From an uncultured Clostridia bacterium (GTDB taxonomy: Bacteria > Bacillota > Clostridia > Christensenellales > Borkfalkiaceae), in NCBI GenBank assembly GCA_947053655.1, contig CAMRTO010000006.1:867-64866 (forward strand): DNA of 64,000 nt. The letters are read 5' to 3'. The position numbers and the translations under genes were made by a program. Positions within the stretch are counted from its first letter, which is position 1. Every line of letters begins with the position of its first letter. Below the pieces are notes generated by a model that did not search any database, was not told where the DNA came from, and saw only the letters and a program-made list of their open reading frames with translations. Positions 47,010-56,257 of the stretch are shown here, in pieces.

Positions 47010-48467
47010 TTATTTGTAGAAGCCGCACGCGAACAGCCACAGCGCGTCCTGGTTAGCGGAGTATCCCTTTTCTTCGGGAGTTCCTTCCGACGTTCCCGCG
47101 CCGTCGGTATACAGCGAATGACTTTCGGCAAACTTCTGTAAGAAATCTTTAAGCTCCTTGGTGACGTAGCACACGCCGTCGGAATTGCAAACCCTCTTAT
47201 AGTCCTCGCGTATAAAGTCCGTATAGTTTAAAATCACGTACTTGTGCTCTTCTTCAAGCCACATGTTGTAAAGCCTTAAAAAGTTTTGACCCAGCCCGAC
47301 AAAGTGCGCGTCGTACAGCGTGGTTACGGAATAAGACTCGATAGGCATGGATATTGCGCAGCAAAGTATAGGTCCGTAATTTTTGCCGTATCCGTACGGG
47401 TCGTCCGCGTAATCCTTGTTATAATAATGGAAAAAGCCCGTATCCTCGTTATACTTGTAATTGTATTCGGTGGTTTTCGTATCTTCGTCATAGTACGTAT
47501 AGATAAATTGCTTCTTCCCCAAATCGGCAAACGTAAACTTTTCCCCGGGCTTTTTTTCCGCCGCTTTTATCTTGGCTTCCTTTGCGCGGTAAATTCTTTC
47601 GTCCGAGTTGCCGCTGACGTATTCGCCCTCGTACGTTATAGCAAAGTCAACCGTCAACGGGTAGTCCGTATTTTTACCCTGTGCGCTTACTGCGAAGGTG
47701 AAGGAGTGTCCCACCTCGCTTTTGTCTATCTTACATTCGTAACGGAAGTTTCTTGTAAACCCGCCGTCAAGCGAAAAACCGCCGCCGTTGGCGTCCTTGG
47801 GATTATACTTATAACTGCCCGAGCCGCTGTACGTCCTGAGGAGGGGATTTATCTCGTCCGAGTAAACGTTAACGCACGATTCTACCGAGTAAAAGCCCGC
47901 CGCGGTGGGCGTATACTGGTAGTAAAGGTATTCGCCCTCGTAAGAAATTTGCGCGCGGTAAGTGCCGTCGTATCTGACCACATAGCAACCTCCGTCCACA
48001 TAAAGCCCCTTGCCGTCGCCCTTTTCCGGCTGTTTTACGTCGGTAAGAAGAATGGTTGTTTTACGGTTTTCCGCCGTGGCGGTATTCGCATTGGGGTTGT
48101 ATGCGTAGTGGGAAGGAAGCCCCTCCAAATACACTCCGTAATCGCCGTCCAGCTCGCCCGCGTCCGCCTTTCCGTCCGCGCCGAGAGCGACTCTTTTTAC
48201 GTTTAAATCGTTTTTCCAGACGACGGTTATATCTTCCCCCGCGGGGTCGAAAAGCTTATTGTTATAAAATACGGACACCGTATAATGCGTTTCGGGCACG
48301 GAAGGGTCGACAGGTTCGTCGGGCTTCACGGGATTATCGGGGTCGGTGGGGACGGTAGGCTTGTTGTTACCGCCGTTGTTGTCAATATAACTGCCGAGAC
48401 CGCAACCCGCAAAGCACGAAACCGCGCACGCGAAAACAAGCATCAGTGATAAAATTTTCTTTTTCAT
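47010..48467 (-). CDS. lipoprotein, unassigned (about 485 aa)
   Basis: ATG at 48467 (MKKKILSLMLVFACAVSCFAGCG) overlaps the upstream stop as ATGA. Pro/Asp-rich linker, then a beta-rich body. Confidence 0.7.
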   Translation of the reverse strand: MKKKILSLMLVFACAVSCFAGCGLGSYIDNNGGNNKPTVPTDPDNPVKPDEPVDPSVPETHYTVSVFYNNKLFDPAGEDITVVWKNDLNVKRVALGADGKADAGELDGDYGVYLEGLPSHYAYNPNANTATAENRKTTILLTDVKQPEKGDGKGLYVDGGCYVVRYDGTYRAQISYEGEYLYYQYTPTAAGFYSVESCVNVYSDEINPLLRTYSGSGSYKYNPKDANGGGFSLDGGFTRNFRYECKIDKSEVGHSFTFAVSAQGKNTDYPLTVDFAITYEGEYVSGNSDERIYRAKEAKIKAAEKKPGEKFTFADLGKKQFIYTYYDEDTKTTEYNYKYNEDTGFFHYYNKDYADDPYGYGKNYGPILCCAISMPIESYSVTTLYDAHFVGLGQNFLRLYNMWLEEEHKYVILNYTDFIREDYKRVCNSDGVCYVTKELKDFLQKFAESHSLYTDGAGTSEGTPEEKGYSANQDALWLFACGFYK

Positions 48468-51136
48468 CTGCGCCTCCCGACAATTCCCGAGAAGAACGAA
48501 GTCACGTCCTTCCACTTCAACTGTCTTATTACAATATCTATTATGAACAATACCGCGCAGACTATCATAAGCGGCATCGTAAAGTCGAATACGTAAGACG
48601 TGTACGCCGAATCTGAATTTTCAAGCTTGGTTATCTCGTCCGGCTCGAAAATCGTGCCGTTTTCACTTACAAGTCTGTACAGCGAAGATTTGCTGTAAGA
48701 AGTGAAGCTGTCGTATTCCGCATAATACGAAACGCTGAACTCCGCCTCCGCTTCGTAGTGCAGTCCGTTGAAATTATAATCCAGCTTAAAGCGGTACGTG
48801 CCGGGCGCGTCCGTCGCAAACGTTGCGAAATATTCGCTTGAATCGAATGTAAGCGCCTTTTCCGAAACCAGACCCGTAGGTCCTGTCAGCGTAGCCGTAA
48901 AAGCCGTACTGTTTTGCAACGACTGCGAAGTTTTTACTTTAAGCGTAGTCGAGTTGCCGTTGCCGTCCACGTCTATAATAAACGGCACGTTTATTCTCAC
49001 GTCGGGAAGGGTTGCCGCGGGAATGTTTCTGAGAAACTTTCCGCCCTCGGTTCCGTCCGTCCAGCCGCCCGCCCATGAGGTGATGTCCGAAAGGAAGCTT
49101 ACTACTTTGCCGTTGCCGCCGCTCCAATAAGCGTATAAAGGAACGTCGAACGACGTTATTTTATCGCGGAAATACTTTGCGGTAAGCACGGTTTTTGCGG
49201 TGCTTTTTGCCGCGTTGTACCAGAAGCCGCCCACGGCTTCCGGCTGACCTACGCCCTGCGCAACCGTCTCGTCGGGACGGCGTACCGTTACGTCGTAGCT
49301 TCCGTCCTTTATCTCGATATTTTCCTGCTCGTCGGTAATCTGTTTGATAATGCCGTCCACTTCGCTTTCGTGCTTTATATTTCTGTAAAACACAAGCTCC
49401 TGTAAATACGGCTTGCCGCTTATTGCGGAATTATCCACCACTCCCGACAGCAGCTTGTCGCCGTCCGACGAAGGGAATATACCTATTGCGGAAACCGCTA
49501 TATCCTCCCTCGTCATATTTTCGGCTTCCTCCACTGCGGTTGAGGAGCCGTCCATTCCGTCGGAAATAATAATAACGCGTCTGTCGCGGAAACGCTTGGG
49601 CATTTTTTCGCGCGCGTATTTTAAAACGAAGCCTAAATTAGTGCCGTTTTCCGCTTCCTTCTCGTTTATCTTTTCAATCAAAACCTTTGTTGCGGTAAGC
49701 GCCGAGGGGGGCAAAAATTCGTCCACCGTGCCGGAAAATCCCACTACCATTACGGTGTCGCCCGACGTCAGAGAATTAATAAGCTCTATCGCAGTTCTTT
49801 TTGCCACGCCGAAACGGCTGTTGAAATTCATACTGGTTGAAACGTCCAGAACAATGGTAACAAGCCGTTTGTCCTGGTCGAAGTTGCCTATACGCACCGG
49901 CAACAGCGCCGCAAGCTGTTTCAGCGGAGAATTTTTATCGTCGGTGTCGTCGTCCTGAACGAATGTGTTGCCGTAAGTGGTAAGCGTCTTACCGTAGTCG
50001 TCGACAAGCGTGGTAAGGCTTGTCATAAACATACTGCTTGCGCGTACCTTGCGCACGTCGAAATTGCTTAAAGCTATTTCGTCGTACACGCACATTTCCT
50101 CAACGGAAAGCGGAACCTCCGCCGCGTCCGAGATATAGGTTACGTCGTTTTCGCCGTAAATTGCTTTGCCCGCCGCAATGTCCGCCGCGGAAGCGCCGAT
50201 AAACAGAACCTTTCTCTCGTCGGTGATTTTCTGCGTGAACAGATATGTGTTGTTGTAAGGCGAAGTATCGTCCTCGGCATTTACCGTTTCTATCTTCAAT
50301 TCGTATTCGAACGCGCCCGTCTCGTCCGTGGCGAGGGGCATGGAAACAGTGTTAAGTCCGCTGTATAAGCTGACCGTTCTCCTTGCCTCGAACACGCCGT
50401 TTTTAGTCAGGGTAAGGTATGCGTCAATACGCCCGTCCCCGCCGCAGTTGGCGCGTATCAAAACGTTTACTTCTTCTTCCTTATCCAGATAGCTCGACGA
50501 AGCGGCTTCCGCGCCGTCAAGCTGGACCTCTTTCACGTCCTCGGATAAATTATCGTTTATATACACGGCGTCGACGTAGACGTCGTTTTCCCGCAAGGAT
50601 GAAACAACCTTTACGAGATTGTTTGCGGATACCGTTTCCGCGCCGTCGGTCACGACTATTATGCGCTTAATGACGTCCTCGTCGAAAAGGTTGCCCGCAT
50701 AGCGCAGGGCGGAGCCTATGTCCGTTGCGCTTCTGTCCACTTTGTCCGCAGAGCTTACGTCGGGAATTTTAGCGCCCAGCTCGGATATAAGCTGGTAGTT
50801 TCTGCCGAAGCATATTACGCCCACCTTTGAGTTTTTGGGAAGCTTGCCCGCCACCCTTTCCACGCTTTTCTGCACGTCGTCCAGATTGTGCTCCGCAGAA
50901 TAGGATATATCCGCAAGCACATATACGTTTGTTTCGGTTATCACCGCTTTAAAGGACATTCCTGCAACCGCCAGAGTAATGCAAAGGCATATTATCAGAT
51001 GCAGTGAAACGGATGCTACGTTGTGGAAGTTTACGTTGTCGCGCCTGACCGTAATAAAAAACGGAATAAGCACGGCGGCCGCAAGCGGCAGGGCTATAAA
51101 CAGAAGCCAGGGGTTATCGAAGCTGATATTGTTCAT
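48464..51136 (-). CDS. BatA-N-terminal-domain membrane protein with two VWA domains and a C-terminal TM
   Basis: 890 aa. N-terminus NPWLLFIALPLAAAVLIPFFITVRR. MIDAS-type DxSxS motifs in VLADISYSAE and IVLDVSTSMN. C-terminal helix PLMIVCAVLFIIDIVI. Confidence 0.8.
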   Translation of the reverse strand: MNNISFDNPWLLFIALPLAAAVLIPFFITVRRDNVNFHNVASVSLHLIICLCITLAVAGMSFKAVITETNVYVLADISYSAEHNLDDVQKSVERVAGKLPKNSKVGVICFGRNYQLISELGAKIPDVSSADKVDRSATDIGSALRYAGNLFDEDVIKRIIVVTDGAETVSANNLVKVVSSLRENDVYVDAVYINDNLSEDVKEVQLDGAEAASSSYLDKEEEVNVLIRANCGGDGRIDAYLTLTKNGVFEARRTVSLYSGLNTVSMPLATDETGAFEYELKIETVNAEDDTSPYNNTYLFTQKITDERKVLFIGASAADIAAGKAIYGENDVTYISDAAEVPLSVEEMCVYDEIALSNFDVRKVRASSMFMTSLTTLVDDYGKTLTTYGNTFVQDDDTDDKNSPLKQLAALLPVRIGNFDQDKRLVTIVLDVSTSMNFNSRFGVAKRTAIELINSLTSGDTVMVVGFSGTVDEFLPPSALTATKVLIEKINEKEAENGTNLGFVLKYAREKMPKRFRDRRVIIISDGMDGSSTAVEEAENMTREDIAVSAIGIFPSSDGDKLLSGVVDNSAISGKPYLQELVFYRNIKHESEVDGIIKQITDEQENIEIKDGSYDVTVRRPDETVAQGVGQPEAVGGFWYNAAKSTAKTVLTAKYFRDKITSFDVPLYAYWSGGNGKVVSFLSDITSWAGGWTDGTEGGKFLRNIPAATLPDVRINVPFIIDVDGNGNSTTLKVKTSQSLQNSTAFTATLTGPTGLVSEKALTFDSSEYFATFATDAPGTYRFKLDYNFNGLHYEAEAEFSVSYYAEYDSFTSYSKSSLYRLVSENGTIFEPDEITKLENSDSAYTSYVFDFTMPLMIVCAVLFIIDIVIRQLKWKDVTSFFSGIVGRRR

Positions 51137-53003
51137 AACAGTAAATCCCCCAGTCCGCCAGCAACAGCACGCATATAACTATGAAAAATGCCGGCAGTTT
51201 ATCGTAATATCCGTCGGAATAATTAAACTCTCTTTCGCCGCTTAAAACAAGCGTTCCGCCGCCCTGCGAGCGGCTTTCTGTCTCCGGCACGCACGCGAAC
51301 GAGCAAAGCGAGCTTTCGTCGCTTCCCGCAAGCTTAACGGTAACGGTATACGTTCCCGTTTCGTTAAGCTGGACGGAGCAATAAGCCTTGCCCTCCGTGT
51401 CCAGCGTGGTATTCCTGCCCGAAGGACTTGTAACGACTATGTTCTCGCAGCCGGGTACTACGTTTACCTTCATAATATCGCCGCAGTCGTATACTGTGTC
51501 CTCTATGACGGACGGGAATGAATAATTCATTAAATTTCTTACAAGTATCAGAAAATCGTCTTTAAGACCGAAGTCGGAATCGCCTATGGCAAACGCAAAG
51601 ACGACCTCTCTGTCGTTGTTTTCGTTAAGCCCCACAGCGATAAGCGTATCGCCGTCAACCTTCATGACGGAGGTAAAGTTGCGCGGTATGCCGTACTTTG
51701 CATACTTGCGGACGGCAATCTCGCGCCCCACTATGTCGCGCATCAAATCCTTCTCCTGCACGGAAGTGCCTCGGGTATATTCGGGCACGAAATAGCTCGC
51801 AGGACCCGTTTCGTCCTTGGGAGTCTGATAATCCCTGAATTTTATTCCGGAGCCTTTGCCCGTTCCGTCTACGGCGTCTATAAGCCATATAGCCGCGTTT
51901 TTGGGAAGCTCTGCGGGAGTAAATCCGTTAAACACGCAAAGCCCGTAGCCCGCCGCGTCCGACGCGGAATATTTATCTACGGAAACGGCGTCCACCTGCG
52001 CTTTGCCCGCGGAGGATATCGCGTTCCTCAGATAAATACCGTCCTTTGAATCGCTTACTAATAAAACCTTTCTTTCCTGCGCCTTAGCCTCGTCGTACAG
52101 GATAACGACGTTATCCTCGTCCAAAGCGTCCTTGGCGACTATTTTAAGCTGCAATTTCGTGAAGTGCGAAACGGATGTCTGCACTTTGAATTCCGCTGGT
52201 TCGTCCGCCATTAGCTTTACGGTCGTCGCGCCTATTTTTTCGGGCGGAGCCATAAGAGTGTCGCTTGCGGACAGCTCCACGGTAATTTCCGCGTCCTCGT
52301 AATACGAAATTACTTTACCCGTGCCACAGACGCCGCCGCCTTCGAACGTATATCCGTAGTCGTTAAACGCGATATTGTTTTCTCCCGAGGAGACGTCTAT
52401 CAGGGTTATGTTCTCGGTCTCGTACGGCTTATCGGTTATAAGATAAATTATTGCCGAACGGTTACTGTCGAAGTATTCCTGCGCGACGCTCATGGCGGAA
52501 GAACATTCCGTCGCGCTCCACCCTGCGCCGAGCGCCGCCACGTCCGACTTTGCCTGCTGTTTTTGGGTAACGCCCTCGAAAGCGACGTTGACCGTATCGC
52601 GCACAAACACAAGCGTATACGAGCTGCCCGACAGCGAGTCGTCTATAATTCCGTTTATTTTATCCTTCGCCCTGTCGAAGCGCGTAGACCCGTCCTGCTG
52701 CATATTCATGCTGGCGGAACCGTCGAGTATAAAATATATGTCGTTTGCGGAATTTCGCATCGTAAATACGGGATGGGCTATCAACAGCGACGCCGCTATA
52801 ACGGCGAGTATCTGTAAAATAAGCGTCAGTATGCCGGTAAGTTTGGATACGGGCTTTCTCTTTTTCAGGAATTTTTCGCTCAGCTCCCACAGATATGTGG
52901 AGGCTATCGTCTGCTCGGTATACTTCGATTTGATAACGTAAATCAGAATAAGCACCGGTATACCGAGAAGCCCCAAAAGTCCGAGAGGGAAATAAAAACT
53001 CAT
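51114..53003 (-). CDS. BatA-like membrane protein (aerotolerance-regulator N-terminal domain plus VWA)
   Basis: 629 aa. MSFYFPLGLLGLLGIPVLILIYVIK, MIDAS ILDGSASMN, C-terminal TM FFIVICVLLLADWGIY. ATGA overlap with DUF58. Confidence 0.8.
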   Translation of the reverse strand: MSFYFPLGLLGLLGIPVLILIYVIKSKYTEQTIASTYLWELSEKFLKKRKPVSKLTGILTLILQILAVIAASLLIAHPVFTMRNSANDIYFILDGSASMNMQQDGSTRFDRAKDKINGIIDDSLSGSSYTLVFVRDTVNVAFEGVTQKQQAKSDVAALGAGWSATECSSAMSVAQEYFDSNRSAIIYLITDKPYETENITLIDVSSGENNIAFNDYGYTFEGGGVCGTGKVISYYEDAEITVELSASDTLMAPPEKIGATTVKLMADEPAEFKVQTSVSHFTKLQLKIVAKDALDEDNVVILYDEAKAQERKVLLVSDSKDGIYLRNAISSAGKAQVDAVSVDKYSASDAAGYGLCVFNGFTPAELPKNAAIWLIDAVDGTGKGSGIKFRDYQTPKDETGPASYFVPEYTRGTSVQEKDLMRDIVGREIAVRKYAKYGIPRNFTSVMKVDGDTLIAVGLNENNDREVVFAFAIGDSDFGLKDDFLILVRNLMNYSFPSVIEDTVYDCGDIMKVNVVPGCENIVVTSPSGRNTTLDTEGKAYCSVQLNETGTYTVTVKLAGSDESSLCSFACVPETESRSQGGGTLVLSGEREFNYSDGYYDKLPAFFIVICVLLLADWGIYCYEQYQLR

Positions 53004-53884
53004 TTCATCACCCCCAGTTGTGTAAGCTGCTCGAAGAATAATCCGTCAAGAGGTTTGTCGTCCCTGACGAGAACGTATTCCGCGCCGCGCGCGTTGCAAT
53101 AATCGCGTATTCTGTCCTGAACGTACTGCACCGCCTCGCGGTATGCCTTAATAATGTCTCTGTTAATGTTTTTGCGGTACATTCTGCCCGCGTCCTCGCT
53201 GTCGTAAAAAATATTTTTGCCGCGCACCTTGGGGTTGATTTCCTCCGACGAAAGCACTTGAACGCACAAAAGATCTCTCTTTTTGTCCGCAAGATAGTCT
53301 ATCGCGTTTTCGTAATTGTTGTCGGTAAGAAAGTCCGAAATTATTACCGAAAGCCCGTCGCCGTAACCGACCTGCGTCGGCATTATTCCCTCGCTTATGA
53401 AGCAGTCGCCGCCGAACTCTATATCGTTCAGCTTGCCTATTTCGGCAAAATAGCGTTCCCTGCCGGATATGGCGGAAATAACTTCCGTAACCTCTCCGCC
53501 GCGTATCGTGAACACCGAAACTTTATCCAGCTCGGTCACGGACAGATATGCAAGCGTCGCGGCTATCTGCAAAGCCGCCTCGCCCTTTTTTCCGTCGCCG
53601 AAAGCCATGGACTGACTTACGTCGATATAAATTTTGGTGTGAAGCTGTCTTTCGTCAAGATACAGTTTGAGGTACAGCGTTTCGAAACGGGCGTAAGCAT
53701 TCCAGTCTATTTTGGTTATATCGTCCCCGGGCACGTAATTTCTGTAATCGACAAATTCGCAGGACGAACCGAACGTTCTGCTCTTGTGATTTCCGCCGAA
53801 TAATCCGGCTATGTTGTTTTTCAAAACGGTTTGCAACAGCTCTACGCGCTGCAAAAACGCTTCGTTTATTACGAGTTTGCCCAT
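53000..53884 (-). CDS. DUF58 domain protein
   Basis: 294 aa, SCEFVDYRNYVPGDDITKIDWNAYAR (DUF58 signature), then a VWA-like fold DVSQSM. Confidence 0.85.
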   Translation of the reverse strand: MGKLVINEAFLQRVELLQTVLKNNIAGLFGGNHKSRTFGSSCEFVDYRNYVPGDDITKIDWNAYARFETLYLKLYLDERQLHTKIYIDVSQSMAFGDGKKGEAALQIAATLAYLSVTELDKVSVFTIRGGEVTEVISAISGRERYFAEIGKLNDIEFGGDCFISEGIMPTQVGYGDGLSVIISDFLTDNNYENAIDYLADKKRDLLCVQVLSSEEINPKVRGKNIFYDSEDAGRMYRKNINRDIIKAYREAVQYVQDRIRDYCNARGAEYVLVRDDKPLDGLFFEQLTQLGVMK

Positions 53885-53914
53885 TTACCTAAGCCTTTTT
53901 TTATTTTTTGATTT

Positions 53915-55042
53915 TCAATCTTTTTTATTACCGAAAAGCTTTTTCTTCTTTTTTACCGGTGTCGCGCTTTCTTCAACCGCGTCGGTATTTTCGTTATTGC
54001 CGATTGCTGTTTCGGCGGGAACTTCCTGCTTTTTATCCGCATCGAGCTTGCCCGAACCCTTTTCCTTTGCGTTTTCGCTTATGAGTCTGTCGATCACGTC
54101 GTCGACGGTAAGTTTTTCGTTAATTGCCGTATAATTTATTTTCATTCTGTGACGCAAAACAGGATACGCAAGCGAGTTTATATCCTCGTAGGATACGTTA
54201 TATCTGCCGTCGATTAACGCGCGGACCTTCGCCGCGGTGATAAGCGCCTGGCCGGCGCGGGGCGAACAGCCGTATTTGATATATTTTTTAGCGGTATCTC
54301 CGCTGTCCTCCAATTCGGGGTGGGTGCGCGCGACAAGACGCATTGCATAGTACAGCACGTCGGGCACGACGGGTACGGATTTGGCAAGCTCGCGCATGGC
54401 GAGAATGGTTGCCCCGTCGACGACCGCGTCGGCGGTTTCCTCCATGGTTATCTGCGTCATGTTTACTATATCGGCAAGCTCTTTGACGGAAGGGAAACCC
54501 ACTAAAAGCTTGAACATAAAACGGTCCATCTGCGCTTCGGGCAGGGGATAGGTTCCGTCCTGCTCTATCGGGTTCTGCGTAGCAAGCACGAAAAACGGTT
54601 CCGAAATGGAATACGTCTTGTTGGCTACGGTTACCCTGTGCTCCTGCATGACCTCCAACATGGCGGACTGCGTCTTGGGCGTCGCACGGTTAATTTCGTC
54701 CGCGAGAACGAGATTCGCGAAAATAGGTCCGCGCTGGAAAACGGTATTCATTTTACCCGACGCGTCCTTTTCTATTACGTTGGTACCCGTTACGTCCGAA
54801 GGCATAAGGTCGGGCGTAAACTGGATACGCGAAAACGGAAGCTTAAGTGCCTTGCCAAGCGTCCTTACAAGCCTTGTCTTGCCGACGCCGGGAACACCCT
54901 CCAAAAGAACGTTGCCGCCCGCTATAATGGCTATTATGACGTTATTTACAATGTCTTCCTGACCTACAAGGTCCTTTTTGATTTCCTGCTTGATTTTTGC
55001 AACCGAACGGCTGAAATTTTCAACTTTTGCTTTATTGTCCAT
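53915..55042 (-). CDS. MoxR-family AAA+ ATPase with a Lys-rich C-terminal extension
   Basis: 375 aa. Walker A LLEGVPGVGKT, Walker B VLADEINRA, sensor ATQNPIEQDGTYPLPEAQMDRF. Confidence 0.9.
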   Translation of the reverse strand: MDNKAKVENFSRSVAKIKQEIKKDLVGQEDIVNNVIIAIIAGGNVLLEGVPGVGKTRLVRTLGKALKLPFSRIQFTPDLMPSDVTGTNVIEKDASGKMNTVFQRGPIFANLVLADEINRATPKTQSAMLEVMQEHRVTVANKTYSISEPFFVLATQNPIEQDGTYPLPEAQMDRFMFKLLVGFPSVKELADIVNMTQITMEETADAVVDGATILAMRELAKSVPVVPDVLYYAMRLVARTHPELEDSGDTAKKYIKYGCSPRAGQALITAAKVRALIDGRYNVSYEDINSLAYPVLRHRMKINYTAINEKLTVDDVIDRLISENAKEKGSGKLDADKKQEVPAETAIGNNENTDAVEESATPVKKKKKLFGNKKD

Positions 55043-55060
55043 TTTTTAAAAACCTCTTTT

Positions 55061-56146
55061 TTATTCCTCTTTATTGCTTAAATCCGCAAAGTAAGTCACC
55101 ATTATATATTCCCATTCCTCTTTGGATATGGTGCCTTCCGCAAGCGCTTGCTGAACGCGTTCGTAATATTCGTCGCGCACGTCGCCGACCGTCACATAAC
55201 CCTTTTCGGGGTCGAAGAAGGGCACGTCGCTCATATTTACTCCGCCGTTGCCGCCGGGGTTGGAAGGCTGGTCGGGATTTTCTTCCTCGCCCTGATTGTT
55301 GCCCGAATTTTCGTCGTCCGGCTTAGGCAGTGAAAATATTTCGTAAAGTTTTTCCACCACGTACTTTTCTTCCTCTGTGTTCAGCGCCTGCTGTTCCTCG
55401 GTAATGCCGCTTCTTGCGTTGGCGTCCGAAACCGCGTTGCGTATTCTGCTTACCGTGTTTCTGACAAAGCCGCCGAGGCCGCTTTGCGAAACGCCTTCCA
55501 AAAGCACGTTTCTAAGACCTTTCAGCTCGACAAGCATTCCTGCCTTTGCGTAAGAATCTGCCTTCTTGGAATTTTCGACGTAGGTTATCAGCTCGTCAAG
55601 CGCTTCCCACTCCCAATCCGTAACGGGACGCGGCGGGTCGTCCGTCTCCCCGTCTCCGTTCCCCTGAGCCTGCGCAAACACAGGCGGTACGCACTCGGCT
55701 ATCACGGGAACGGCGATTGTGCACGAAAGAGCAATTACGCCGCACAGAACCGTCGCCAGAATATTTTTGAAGGGTAAAGCCTTAACCGAAGCCCTGCCGA
55801 GCGCGGCGCTCGTATCGTCGCGAAGCATGTCGTACATTTCGCCCGTGCATCCGCTGTATTCGTACGCGGTCTGAACCCTTTCTTCGAGTTTTAAGTCCGC
55901 GTCCAACCGCTTTACAAGTTTTTTATCGTCAGTACGGAGAAGCAGAAAAGCTATGCCGCCGCCGAGGGCAAATCCGCCCGAGGCAATAAGCACGTAATAA
56001 ACCCAAAGAAGATTTATCCCGCACAGCTTGCACGGCAGTAGAACGGCAATAACCGCAATCATAGCCGCGGTCAGCCCTATAACGGCGCATTTAATCAGCA
56101 GTTCCGCCAATATTCTTTTTTTGAATTTTTTAAAATTTCCGTCCAT
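55061..56146 (-). CDS. membrane protein, unassigned (2-3 TM, acidic C-terminal half)
   Basis: ATG at 56146 (MDGNFKKFKK) is preferred over the TTG at 56182. TM segments CAVIGLTAAMIAVIAVLL, WVYYVLIASGGFALGGGIAFLLL and LATVLCGVIALSCTIAVPVIA. Ends ...EYYERVQQALAEGTISKEEWEYIMVTYFADLSNKEE. Confidence 0.6.
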   Translation of the reverse strand: MDGNFKKFKKRILAELLIKCAVIGLTAAMIAVIAVLLPCKLCGINLLWVYYVLIASGGFALGGGIAFLLLRTDDKKLVKRLDADLKLEERVQTAYEYSGCTGEMYDMLRDDTSAALGRASVKALPFKNILATVLCGVIALSCTIAVPVIAECVPPVFAQAQGNGDGETDDPPRPVTDWEWEALDELITYVENSKKADSYAKAGMLVELKGLRNVLLEGVSQSGLGGFVRNTVSRIRNAVSDANARSGITEEQQALNTEEEKYVVEKLYEIFSLPKPDDENSGNNQGEEENPDQPSNPGGNGGVNMSDVPFFDPEKGYVTVGDVRDEYYERVQQALAEGTISKEEWEYIMVTYFADLSNKEE

Positions 56147-56192
56147 AATAATATTTTTTCCGTTATTTTTACAAAGTTGCAAAATTGCGTTC

Positions 56193-56220
56193 GGCTATTC
56201 CGCAATTTTGCGGAATAGCC
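56193..56220 (-). other. 12-bp-stem hairpin between the first and second genes of the operon
   Basis: GGCTATTCCGCA-loop-TGCGGAATAGCC with no clear U-tract. Possible RNA stabiliser or partial terminator. Confidence 0.4.
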
Positions 56221-56257
56221 TGCGCTTTTAACTTAATACGTTTACGCGTACACGGTT

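Noticed and set aside
47286-48206. 306-aa plus ORF
   Set aside because: It lies antisense to the 485-aa lipoprotein gene, which is translationally coupled into the operon. It has Arg/Val-rich shadow composition.
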